64,000 nucleotides of DNA from a bacterium (GTDB taxonomy: Bacteria; Joyebacterota; Joyebacteria; Joyebacterales; Joyebacteraceae), in NCBI GenBank assembly GCA_025782395.1, contig JALGZD010000219.1, positions 205,560 to 269,559 of the forward strand, read 5' to 3'. This document shows positions 9,356-18,520 of this stretch, piece after piece (within the stretch, counting starts at the first letter, position 1; each line of letters opens with the position of its first letter). The notes under the pieces were generated by a model. The model saw nothing but the letters and a program-made list of their open reading frames with translations, was not told the origin of the DNA and searched no databases. The position numbers and the translations under genes are program-made.

Positions 9356-10798
9356 ATGGACCCGATCCTGCTTGGTTTCATCGGATACCTCCTCGTGGTC
9401 GTGGTCGTAGGCTTCATCACTTTCCGCTACACCAAGACGCTCGCAGACTTCCTGCTGGGAGGTCGTCGGCTCGGAGCGTGGGTCGTCGCGATCAGCGAAC
9501 GAGCCAGCGGTGAGAGCGCGTGGCTCCTGATCGGTCTTCCCGGCCTCGCTCTGGTCTCGGGATTCTCAGCTGTCTGGTCGGCGATCGGTTGCGCTGTAGG
9601 AATCCTCGCCTCGTGGACGCTGGTGGCGCGGCGACTCAGGATCCAGACCGAGCGCCTCGGCGCCCTGACGCTCCCCGACTACTTCGAGGCTCGCTTCGAG
9701 GACAGCTCGCACACTCTCCGCATTGTTTCGATGGCCGTCATCGTCTTCTTCTTCACGTTCTACGTCTCGGCCCAGTTCCTGGCCGCCGGCAAGGTGCTCC
9801 ACGCAACCTTCGGCCTCGAACCGATCCACGGCATGATAATCGGGGCTGTGGTCATCCTCTTCTACACGATAATGGGAGGGTTCCTCGCGGTGGCCTGGAC
9901 CGATCTGGTGCAGGGCATCCTGATGGCGGCAGCCATGATCGTTCTCCCCGTGGCCGCTTTCATCATGCTCGGGGGCGTCGCCGGAGTGGCCGAGAGGATC
10001 GGTGCGATCGACCCCAACCTCCTCCTCGTGACCGGAGGGAAGACCGGCCATGCCTTGGTGATGGGACTGATCATAGGTAGCCTCGGCATAGGATTGGGCT
10101 ACGTCGGACAACCGCATCTGCTCACCCGGTTCATGGCTATCCGCAAGCCGGACGAGCTTCGCAAGGGCACGCTCATCGCGATGAGCTGGGTTGTTGTCGC
10201 GTTCTGGGGCGCCGTTCTGGTCGGTATCGCCGGGCTCGCGAAGTTCGGCATCGACGGACTCGCCGACGCAGAGCACGTGATGCCGGAGCTGGCGCTCTGG
10301 GCGCTTCCCATGGGCGTCGCCGGCATCGTCATCTCGGCAGCCATAGCCGCGATGATGTCTACGGCCGACTCACAGCTCCTCGTGGCCACGTCCGCCCTTT
10401 CCGAGGATATCTACCACCAGCTCATCAACCCGAAGGCCTCGCAGAAACTCCTGGTCGCCCTGAGCCGCGTCGGGACGATCGCCATCGGCATCATCGCGTT
10501 CGTGCTCGCTACGCGTGCGTCCGAGAGGGTCTACTGGTTCGTCCTCTACGCCTGGGCCGGACTCGGCGCCGCGTTCGGACCGGGGATGATTCTGTCGCTC
10601 TGGTGGAAGAGAACAACGAAGTGGGGAATCTTGGGCGGCATGATCGTCGGTTCGGTAGTGACCGTTGTGTGGCACAACGTCCCGGTACTCAAGGGATTTG
10701 TGTACGAACTCGTTCCAGCCTTCATACTGGCTCTGGTGACTGTCGTGGTGGTCAGTCTCATGACCGAACCACCCTCCGACGTCGTCCTTGATCACTGA
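9356..10798 (+). CDS. putP: Sodium:solute symporter (SSS family, PutP-like).
   Basis: 480 aa with about 13 TM segments. The N-terminus LGFIGYLLVVVVVGF...LGGRRLGAWV..SE.ASGESAWLLIGLPG matches SSS/PutP. Confidence 0.8.
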   Translation: MDPILLGFIGYLLVVVVVGFITFRYTKTLADFLLGGRRLGAWVVAISERASGESAWLLIGLPGLALVSGFSAVWSAIGCAVGILASWTLVARRLRIQTERLGALTLPDYFEARFEDSSHTLRIVSMAVIVFFFTFYVSAQFLAAGKVLHATFGLEPIHGMIIGAVVILFYTIMGGFLAVAWTDLVQGILMAAAMIVLPVAAFIMLGGVAGVAERIGAIDPNLLLVTGGKTGHALVMGLIIGSLGIGLGYVGQPHLLTRFMAIRKPDELRKGTLIAMSWVVVAFWGAVLVGIAGLAKFGIDGLADAEHVMPELALWALPMGVAGIVISAAIAAMMSTADSQLLVATSALSEDIYHQLINPKASQKLLVALSRVGTIAIGIIAFVLATRASERVYWFVLYAWAGLGAAFGPGMILSLWWKRTTKWGILGGMIVGSVVTVVWHNVPVLKGFVYELVPAFILALVTVVVVSLMTEPPSDVVLDH

Positions 10799-10816
10799 GA
10801 ACGAAAGAGGGAAAAG

Positions 10817-11965
10817 ATGCGGATGCTGATCCTCGGCGGTGGCATGATGGGAAGGGCGGCCGTCTACGACATGGTCAGGCAGGATGACGTTGAGGAGGTC
10901 ATCGTTGCCGATGTCGATCGCGCCGTGGCTGAGGATGCCGCGCGTTTCGCGGGCTCAGAAAAGGTCCTCCCTCAGGTTCTCGATGTCACCGACCGTGACG
11001 CAGTTCTCGGAGCGATGGAGACGGTCGATGCCGTCTTGAGCGCGGTCAGTTACAGGTTCAATCTGGAGCTGGCGCGACTCGCAATCGAGGCGGGCGTCCA
11101 CTTCTGCGACCTGGGTGGGAACAACACTGTGGTCGAGGGCGAATTGGCTCTCAGCCGCGACGCCGAGGAGAAGGGCATTACGCTGATACCCGACTGCGGG
11201 CTCGCGCCGGGCATGGTGAGCCTCCTTGCGATGGCGGGTATGAACCAGCTCGACACGACCGACAGAGTGCGGCTGCGGGTCGGCGGCCTCCCCGTCCACC
11301 CCGAGCCGCCTCTCGACTACACGATCGTCTTTTCGGTGCACGGACTCATCAACGAGTACATCGAACCGTGCCTCGCCATTCGCGATGGGAAGACTGTGAC
11401 TATCGATCCTCTGACTGAAGTGGAGGAGATCGAGTTCCCCGAGCCGCTTGGTATCCTCGAGGCGTTCCACACTTCCGGCGGATCGTCCACGCTGCCGACG
11501 ACGCTTCTGGGAAAGGTGCGCGACCTCGACTACAAGACCATCCGGTACCCGGGGCACGTGGCGAAGATGAAGGCCATGCTGGAGATCGGCCTCGCGAGCG
11601 AAGTGCCTGTCAACGTGGGGGCCGTGTCGGTGGCGCCGCGTGGTATTCTGGAGACATGTCTTGAGAAGAACCTCTCCGGCGATGATGACGACCTCGTGGT
11701 CCTCAGAGTCACCATCGAGGGGACGAAGGACGGGGATCACGCCGTCGCCGTCTACGAGATGATAGACTACGCCGACAGCAAGACGGGGCTTTCGGCCATG
11801 ATGCGGGGAACGTCGTTCCCCGCGTCCATCATCACCCTCATGATGGCACGCGGGGAGACGCCTGCTGGAGCTATTCCACAGGAACTCGCCGTCGACAGCG
11901 AGAGATTCATCGAGGAGTTCCTGAAGCGCGATATGCCGCTCACGGTCTCGCTCGCTACACCGTAG
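10817..11965 (+). CDS. Saccharopine-dehydrogenase-like NAD(P)-binding oxidoreductase.
   Basis: N-terminal Rossmann ILGGGMMGRA and length/architecture fit the Sacchrp_dh family. The substrate cannot be assigned. Confidence 0.6.
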   Translation: MRMLILGGGMMGRAAVYDMVRQDDVEEVIVADVDRAVAEDAARFAGSEKVLPQVLDVTDRDAVLGAMETVDAVLSAVSYRFNLELARLAIEAGVHFCDLGGNNTVVEGELALSRDAEEKGITLIPDCGLAPGMVSLLAMAGMNQLDTTDRVRLRVGGLPVHPEPPLDYTIVFSVHGLINEYIEPCLAIRDGKTVTIDPLTEVEEIEFPEPLGILEAFHTSGGSSTLPTTLLGKVRDLDYKTIRYPGHVAKMKAMLEIGLASEVPVNVGAVSVAPRGILETCLEKNLSGDDDDLVVLRVTIEGTKDGDHAVAVYEMIDYADSKTGLSAMMRGTSFPASIITLMMARGETPAGAIPQELAVDSERFIEEFLKRDMPLTVSLATP

Positions 11966-12022
11966 TCCTCGGACTCCTGGAGCTGGGCCTTCTTAGACCT
12001 TCTCTGAGTCAGGCTCCGAGAG

Positions 12023-13579
12023 CTAGACCTTCTCTGAGACCGACTTGCCCTGCATGAAGAGCAGCAGGTAGTCGCGGCTTCCGGCCTTCGAGTCGGTACC
12101 GGACATGTTGAACCCGCCGAACGGATGCACGTCGACAAGAGCTCCCGTACACTTCCGGTTGAGATAAAGATTGCCGACGTGGAATTCCCTTCTCGCGCGG
12201 TCGAGCTTCTCTCTGTTCGCCGAGTAGACGGCGCCCGTGAGACCATACTCCGTGTCGTTGGCAATCCTCAAGGCGTCGTCGTAGTCCTGAGCCTTGATGA
12301 CGGCGCAGACCGGACCGAAGATCTCCTCCTGCCCGACGGTGTCGCGCGACTTGACGTCGGCAATGACGGTCGGCTCGACGTAGAAGCCATCGCCAGCACC
12401 CTCAGCCGGCTTGCCGCCGCACATCACACGCCCGCCTTCCCTTTGAGCGATCTCGATGTACTTGAGGATCGAGTCCATCGCCTTCTGGTTGATGACGGGG
12501 CCCATGCAGTTGGAGAGATCCTTGACAGGACCGACCGTGATTCTCTTGGTTTCGGCGACGAGCTTCTCGAGGAATTCGTCGTAGACATCGGCGTCCACAA
12601 TGGCGCGTGAACAGGCCGAGCACTTCTGGCCCTGGAAACCGAATGAGGCTATGGCCGTGCCCTTGGCCGCCGCATCAACGTCAGCCTCGGAATCGACGAT
12701 GATGGCGTCCTTGCCGCCCATCTCGGCGACGACGCGCTTGATCCAGATCTGCCCCGGCGCCGTTTTCGCAGCGAGCTCGACGATGTGGAGACCGACCTCG
12801 CGGGAACCCGTGAAGGAGATGAACCTCGTCCGCTGGTGACCGACGAGCGTGTCACCTACCGCTCCACCACGACCCGTGAAGAAGTTCACGACGCCGGCCG
12901 GGAGCTTCACCTCTTCGAGGACCTCCATGAACATGTGGCCGAGCAGAGGTGAGTCGCTCGACGGTTTGAGCACGACGGTGTTGCCCGAAACGAACGCCGC
13001 CGTGGTCATTCCGACCAGGATGGCGAGAGGGAAGTTCCACGGTGGAATGACAACACCGACTCCAAGGGGAATGTAGAAGTAGGAATTCTCTTCTCCCGGG
13101 AACGGCGTCAGCCCCTGGTCCTTACCGTAGCGAAGCGCCTCTCGCGCGTAGAACTCCAGAAAATCCAGCGCCTCGCAGAAATCCCCATCGGCCTCGATCC
13201 AGTTCTTACCTTCCTCGAGCACCATTGCAGCGACAAACTCCAGCCTCCGCCGTCTCATGACCTCCGCAGCTCTGAAGACATACTCGGCGCGCTCCTCCGG
13301 TAGCTTTCTACTCCACTGCTCGAACGCGTAGTCGGCGGCCTTGATGGCCTTGTCCGCGAGTTCGGGCGTGCCCCTCTGGAAGCGGCCGAGCACGATGCTC
13401 TTGTCGGAAGGGTTGATCGAGTCGAACGTGCCATCGCCCTTCATGTGCTCGCCACCGATGACGAGGTCGTATTCCTTCCCCGCTTCCGCCTCCAGCTTGG
13501 CTATTGCCGCCGTCATCTGCTTCTTGAGGGAATCATCCTCGAATGTGTAGACAGGTTCGTTCCTGAACTCCGGTCTCAT
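12023..13579 (-). CDS. pruA: 1-pyrroline-5-carboxylate (L-glutamate-gamma-semialdehyde) dehydrogenase.
   Basis: 518 aa, colinear with Bacillus RocA/PruA (EADGDFCEALDFLEFYAR, FTGSREVG, KRVVAEMGGKD, EEIFGPV, HVGNLYLNRKCTGALVDVHPFGGFNMSGTDSKAG). Confidence 0.85.
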   Translation of the reverse strand: MRPEFRNEPVYTFEDDSLKKQMTAAIAKLEAEAGKEYDLVIGGEHMKGDGTFDSINPSDKSIVLGRFQRGTPELADKAIKAADYAFEQWSRKLPEERAEYVFRAAEVMRRRRLEFVAAMVLEEGKNWIEADGDFCEALDFLEFYAREALRYGKDQGLTPFPGEENSYFYIPLGVGVVIPPWNFPLAILVGMTTAAFVSGNTVVLKPSSDSPLLGHMFMEVLEEVKLPAGVVNFFTGRGGAVGDTLVGHQRTRFISFTGSREVGLHIVELAAKTAPGQIWIKRVVAEMGGKDAIIVDSEADVDAAAKGTAIASFGFQGQKCSACSRAIVDADVYDEFLEKLVAETKRITVGPVKDLSNCMGPVINQKAMDSILKYIEIAQREGGRVMCGGKPAEGAGDGFYVEPTVIADVKSRDTVGQEEIFGPVCAVIKAQDYDDALRIANDTEYGLTGAVYSANREKLDRARREFHVGNLYLNRKCTGALVDVHPFGGFNMSGTDSKAGSRDYLLLFMQGKSVSEKV

Positions 13580-13833
13580 GGTTCGCTCCTTGAGGGTAGC
13601 GTCCTGCGGTTGATGTGATCATGGCAAGAGGACCCCGCACGCGACGTCATCAGCGTCGCGCACAGAGGTCAAGAGTCAACCTCTGATGGTACACGAGCGG
13701 AGGGGGTGTTTCAAGGGTAAGTCAGGGCTGCGTGGGTGCCTGCGCGGCAGGGAAGAGGAGCGCCCGCGGGGCAGGCAGAACTCACTGTGGGGCCAGTCCT
13801 GTCCGGCTCTTCTGAACCTCGATTGTGGCGATG

Positions 13834-15372
13834 CTACTTCAGAAGCACGAGCTTCTGCTGCCTCGATTCGGCTCCGGGGTCGCGTTCGGCAGCATCGTGG
13901 CCGGCCGTCGTCATTCTGATGAAGTAGACACCGCTCGCCGCGCGGGTGCTCGCGTCGGTCGTGCCGTCCCACAGGATCTCGTACTCCCCAGCCTCGTGTG
14001 CACCGTCCGCGAGCGTGCGAACAACACGACCAGCGAGGTCGTAGATCCGCACCGTCACGTGTCCTGGCGAACCGACCGCGTATCTCACGGTCGTCGTCGG
14101 ATTGAAGGGATTCGGACTCGGAGCGAGGAGGCGTGTCACAAAGACGGGCCCATCGGGCACCTGCGTCGCCAGCGGAAGGCCGACGCGGAAGCGGTCGATC
14201 ATGACGCCAACGCCGTGCCACCCCGGCTCCGAGTTGAAGGCGCGGAAGCCCGCCTTCAACCACCCGTTCCCGGTGTAGACATCCCAGTCCTCTTGGCCAA
14301 AGTAGACGAAAGGGCCGCCATAGAGCCCCGGGGCGACCCAATCCGAGAACTCGATACACTCCGGGACGTCACCAGAGCCGGCGGCGACGGTGAAAATGTC
14401 ATTCAACAACGGCATGTCCATCCACATGCACCACTTGGCAACCACGGCATCCGCGCCGGCGATGTCGATGGGCGGCGAGACGAGACAGGACTTCTGGCCG
14501 TCCACCATCACGCCCGTGCTCTCGTCGTAGGCGACCATCATCCAGCGCGGGTCACCCATCACGGCCTCGAGCGAGCGCCGGAACGCGACGCCGGTCTGAC
14601 CGACTGCCGGGATGTCCGGGTGCTGCCAGCCGTTGTCGCCGGGCGATTCGCAGTCATCGAGCCAGATTCTCTCGCCGTTCACCTTCCATTCGATGTTGTC
14701 CAACTGCCAGGCGCCGTCTGTCACGGAGTACCAGGGAGGATTCTCGTACTCGTCCTGGCACGAATACGCACCGTCGGATTCGAACCGGAAGCGAAGCCGC
14801 ACGTCGCTATGTGCGTACGCCGTCAGGGTAAGTAGCGGATGCGAGTAGTGCTCGTGGTCCCAGTCGGGCGGTATCCCGGGCTTGCCTGCGAAGCCGGGGT
14901 TGTCGTAGGATGCGAGCGTGTCCCAGGTGAGTCCGCCGTCGCTGGAGACCTCCACGTAGCCGTAGTCGTAGTCGTTCTCCATCGCGAACCGCTGGTCCCA
15001 CTCAAGCGTCACCTCGTCGCCGGGTTCGCTCCACTCCGAGAGCGGGAAGTCGCGCCACATCAGTTGATACCAGTCATTCCCGTACCCGCGCGGCTGGCAC
15101 CAGCACGGGTTGACGGCCCCACACCACCAGGTCGAGTCACCCAGATGCTCGAATGCGCCTATGCGGATCGTATCCTTGTGCCAGTAGTTCTCGTGACCAA
15201 GAGTGCCCGAGTGGTCCTCCGACACCCAGCCGGCATTGTCCCCCTCGAGATCCTCGAAGTCCGCATCGAAGATCCAGAGCGTCTCGGAACGGGCCTCGAC
15301 CGCTCGCGTCGGTGAGGCTGCAAGGAGAATGAGGAGCACAAGGAGTCCGGCCATCACCCGTGGTGCCCGCAT
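13834..15372 (-). CDS. Secreted protein of unknown function with a T9SS C-terminal sorting domain; paralog of the 51668..53419 protein.
   Basis: Signal peptide, C-terminal SPNPFNP...GVYFIRM...KLVLLK. The N-terminal domain shares TLWIFDADFE..WCG..GYG.QW.QL.WRD..DYGYVE motifs with the 51668 protein. Confidence 0.6.
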   Translation of the reverse strand: MRAPRVMAGLLVLLILLAASPTRAVEARSETLWIFDADFEDLEGDNAGWVSEDHSGTLGHENYWHKDTIRIGAFEHLGDSTWWCGAVNPCWCQPRGYGNDWYQLMWRDFPLSEWSEPGDEVTLEWDQRFAMENDYDYGYVEVSSDGGLTWDTLASYDNPGFAGKPGIPPDWDHEHYSHPLLTLTAYAHSDVRLRFRFESDGAYSCQDEYENPPWYSVTDGAWQLDNIEWKVNGERIWLDDCESPGDNGWQHPDIPAVGQTGVAFRRSLEAVMGDPRWMMVAYDESTGVMVDGQKSCLVSPPIDIAGADAVVAKWCMWMDMPLLNDIFTVAAGSGDVPECIEFSDWVAPGLYGGPFVYFGQEDWDVYTGNGWLKAGFRAFNSEPGWHGVGVMIDRFRVGLPLATQVPDGPVFVTRLLAPSPNPFNPTTTVRYAVGSPGHVTVRIYDLAGRVVRTLADGAHEAGEYEILWDGTTDASTRAASGVYFIRMTTAGHDAAERDPGAESRQQKLVLLK

Positions 15373-15473
15373 GGTGGCTTCCTCTCTGGGGCGTGTCCTT
15401 CGGTTCGTTCTCCGTCAGGATGGGAAGTGGCGCTCAGACACCACGCCCCATCAGCATGATCGGCGTCGGGCGG

Positions 15474-17042
15474 CTAGCGGATGAGCACAAGTGTAGTCCG
15501 GCTCACCTCGTCGCCGCACGTTGCCCGCACGAAGTAGCCGCCTGCGGCGGCCCTGGTCCCGTTCGTCCCGCACCCGTCCCAAGTCACCTCGTGACGGCCT
15601 GGCCCCAGCGGCATCGCGGTCAGGCGGCGTACGAGCGCTCCTCGGGCATTGTAGATCGAAATCTTGACCGAACACCCGACTATGGGAACGTCGAACGCCA
15701 GTGAGAATGGACCGCACGACGGGTTCGGAGTCGGACGGTGGAGGCGGAAGCTCGCCTGCAGCGGCTCCTCAGCGGGAACATCTGTGCCGCAACCTCCCGC
15801 GCCAAGCGCCCCGATCGAGACGCCCCAGGGATTGCCGCCCGGCAGGCATGGCGAGTCGTCGCGGAGCGTAAGATCGCCGCCCCCAAGATCACAGAATAGA
15901 GGGTCGACGAAGAGGTTGTCGTAATGATGACCCGGCAAGCTGTCGCCGCCGGCGTTGCCGAAGACACAGGAGTGCGTGATCGTCAGTGCATCACCTACAT
16001 CGTTACGGACGGCCCAGTCGTTGAACGCGAGAATGGTGCGCTCGATGCGTGTGGCATCACCGCTCCAGGCCCATATGCCTCCCCTACCGCCGACGATAGT
16101 CACATCGGCAATGTTCAGGGTGTCAGCGGCAGTCCGTATGTCCTCGCTCGCGAAGTTACTGTAGAAGACCACGTTTCGGATCTCAAAGACGCTGGTACCA
16201 AGATTGAAGTGATCCAGATACACGAGTCCTCTGTCATTGAGCCCCCAGCCGGAATTGAATACGAACGCTGCTCCGTCAAGTACGCCCGCGCAGCAATCAG
16301 CATAGAGCCCGTGACCGAGTCCGCCGAAGGCGCTCATTCCCATGCAGTTCTCGACCACGATGTCGCGGATGTCAACTTCCGAGTACTCGCAGTAGATGGC
16401 AGCTCCGTAGACGTATCCGGTGACCCAGTTGAAGACGGCTCCCCGCACAACCACCGAGCTCGACGTCACGGCCAGGCCCCCCAGGACGCTCTCGAACCGG
16501 CAGTCTATCACGCGGATCCCCGGCAGCCCCTCTGCCCAGACTCCTTTGTGGTCGGTCCCGAACGTCTCGCCCGCGAATACCGAGCCCTCGATCAAGGCGC
16601 CCGAGCGGATCGCGCGCACGGCCCTCCTGCAGTACTCCGTTCTGCAATCCAAGAGCTTCGCGCCGGCGTCCTCCAGGAAGAAGCCACACCCGGCAGTCTC
16701 CACGGTGAACCCATCGATGAGCGCCGTCGTGTCCTCGCCGGAGTGCAGGAAGAAGCAGGTGTCAGTCCCGGTGCAGACGATCGTCGTCGCAGCGCTTCCA
16801 CCTGACGACGTGAGAACAAGGTTCACTCCGCCAAAGTCGATGTTCGTGTTGCCGGCACCTTGATAGATGCCCGGCGCCACGAGCACGGTGTCGCCCTCCG
16901 CCGCGAGGTCGACCCCGGCCTGGATCGTAGGGGCCTCCAGTGGTACTTGGATGACATCCGCCGACGCACTGCCTGCAACCGCAGCGAGTGCCGCTGCCAC
17001 AAGCGCGCACGTCCCCCACTTCTGCCACTTGACGTGCCTCAT
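15474..17042 (-). CDS. Secreted right-handed parallel beta-helix repeat protein with a T9SS CTD.
   Basis: Signal peptide (MRHVKWQKWGTCALVAAALAAVAGSASA), repeated G-x-containing beta-helix rungs, and the C-terminal PTPNPSCGPF...GGYFVRAT...TLVLIR T9SS-like domain. Confidence 0.6.
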   Translation of the reverse strand: MRHVKWQKWGTCALVAAALAAVAGSASADVIQVPLEAPTIQAGVDLAAEGDTVLVAPGIYQGAGNTNIDFGGVNLVLTSSGGSAATTIVCTGTDTCFFLHSGEDTTALIDGFTVETAGCGFFLEDAGAKLLDCRTEYCRRAVRAIRSGALIEGSVFAGETFGTDHKGVWAEGLPGIRVIDCRFESVLGGLAVTSSSVVVRGAVFNWVTGYVYGAAIYCEYSEVDIRDIVVENCMGMSAFGGLGHGLYADCCAGVLDGAAFVFNSGWGLNDRGLVYLDHFNLGTSVFEIRNVVFYSNFASEDIRTAADTLNIADVTIVGGRGGIWAWSGDATRIERTILAFNDWAVRNDVGDALTITHSCVFGNAGGDSLPGHHYDNLFVDPLFCDLGGGDLTLRDDSPCLPGGNPWGVSIGALGAGGCGTDVPAEEPLQASFRLHRPTPNPSCGPFSLAFDVPIVGCSVKISIYNARGALVRRLTAMPLGPGRHEVTWDGCGTNGTRAAAGGYFVRATCGDEVSRTTLVLIR

Positions 17043-17337
17043 TCCCAGCATCCCTCTCCCATTTCCAGACGAGCCCGTCCTCGTCGACAGTCCAATTTTC
17101 CAGCGCATACAGGATACCACCCCAGGTACATTCCATCAAGATCAAAATGACTGAGACACGGTAACGCACAGATGCCTCGTCGCGCACGCAGCAGGGCGAG
17201 GCGCGATGTGCGCATGCGTTACCTGAGGCCGGCCTCTTTCCGCTCGCCGTCCCGCGTTCGCCGTCGTAGAATGGCGGCCACAGACCCTCACACGAACACG
17301 CGCGGCCCAGCCGCAGCAGTATCCCACAGGAGGCATC

Positions 17338-18354
17338 ATGCGCATCCTCGTCACCGGCGGCGCCGGCTTCATCGGCAGCAACTTCATCCGCATGTATCTG
17401 GCGCGTCACCCGGACTCCAAGATCGTCAACCTCGATAAGCTAACGTACGCGGGTAACCTCGAGAACCTGAAGGAGATCGAGAAGGACTCGCGCTACTCGT
17501 TTGTCCGGGGGGACATCTGCGACGCCGGCGTGGTCAATGATGTGATGCAGGGCGTGGACGCCGTCGTGAACTTCGCCGCCGAGACCCACGTGGATCGCTC
17601 GATCGGCGATCCGGATGCCTTCCTCAAGACGAACGTCCTCGGAGTCCACGTTCTCCTGGAAGCTGCCGGGAAACACGATGTCGGACGATTCATCCAGATA
17701 AGCACCGACGAGGTCTATGGCCCGGCCCCCGACAAGCCGTTCAGCGAAGGCGACGTCCTGACCCCCAGGAACCCATACTCGGCGAGCAAGGCCAGCGGCG
17801 AGCTCCTCGCACGGTCGTACTTCATCACGTATGGCTTCCCCGTCATCATCTCGCGCGGGGCCAACAACATCGGACCGAACCAGTACCCGGAGAAGGTCAT
17901 CCCTCTCTTCGTGACGAACGCCATCGAGGACAAACCTCTCCCCCTCTACGGAGACGGCAACCAGGAGCGCGACTACATGCACGTCCTCGACCATTGCTCC
18001 GGACTGGAGATCCTGCTCGAGAAGGGTAAGCCCGGCGAGATATACAACATCGGCGCGGGCAACCACATGCGGAATATCGAGATGGCGAAGCTCGTACTCG
18101 ATGAGCTCGGGAAACCCGAGAGCCTCATTACCCACGTCAGAGACCGCGAGGGCCACGATGTCCGATACGCCATCGACTCATCGAAGATGAGGGCGCTCGG
18201 CTGGGAACCCGAGTTCGGCACCAAGGCGGCCATCCTTGACGCCGTCCACTGGTATTCGGCCAACCGCGACTGGTGGGAGCCGATCAAGTCGGGCGAGTTC
18301 CGCGAGTTCTACGAGCGCCAGTATCGGTCCCGGCTCGAGGAGGCCGGAGCCTAG
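17338..18354 (+). CDS. rfbB: dTDP-glucose 4,6-dehydratase.
   Basis: MRILVTGGAGFIGSNF, the YxxxK catalytic motif region and 338 aa, colinear with RmlB. Confidence 0.85.
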   Translation: MRILVTGGAGFIGSNFIRMYLARHPDSKIVNLDKLTYAGNLENLKEIEKDSRYSFVRGDICDAGVVNDVMQGVDAVVNFAAETHVDRSIGDPDAFLKTNVLGVHVLLEAAGKHDVGRFIQISTDEVYGPAPDKPFSEGDVLTPRNPYSASKASGELLARSYFITYGFPVIISRGANNIGPNQYPEKVIPLFVTNAIEDKPLPLYGDGNQERDYMHVLDHCSGLEILLEKGKPGEIYNIGAGNHMRNIEMAKLVLDELGKPESLITHVRDREGHDVRYAIDSSKMRALGWEPEFGTKAAILDAVHWYSANRDWWEPIKSGEFREFYERQYRSRLEEAGA

Positions 18355-18520
18355 GAAACCCGATTCCGGCCCTCCTCGCGAAACACCTTGAACATCCAGG
18401 CCCGCGACCATACTATGTCGGCGAAGCTCGGTCCGGGGTTCATCGACCTCTTCTATCTACGATCGACACACGACACGACTGACACGGGGAACCGCCCTGG
18501 CGCGGAAGGAGATATGCTCG

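Noticed and set aside
13640-13685. Two adjacent GC-rich hairpins (cgcgacg-tcatcag-cgtcgcg and cagaggt-N9-acctctg) between the T9SS cargo gene and pruA.
   Set aside because: They could be a factor-independent terminator for the upstream minus-strand gene, but no U-tract follows on the transcribed strand. They are left unannotated.
13837-13860. Perfect hairpin cagaagc-acga-gcttctg overlapping the 3' end of the 13834 gene.
   Set aside because: It arises from the palindromic coding of the CTD terminus QKLVLL, and similar tails recur. It is not an independent regulatory element.
13676-14835. ORFs 13676..14359(-) and 13825..14835(+) overlapping the T9SS cargo gene.
   Set aside because: Arg-rich low-complexity products. 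The 512-aa frame has a signal peptide, conserved paralog motifs and a CTD.
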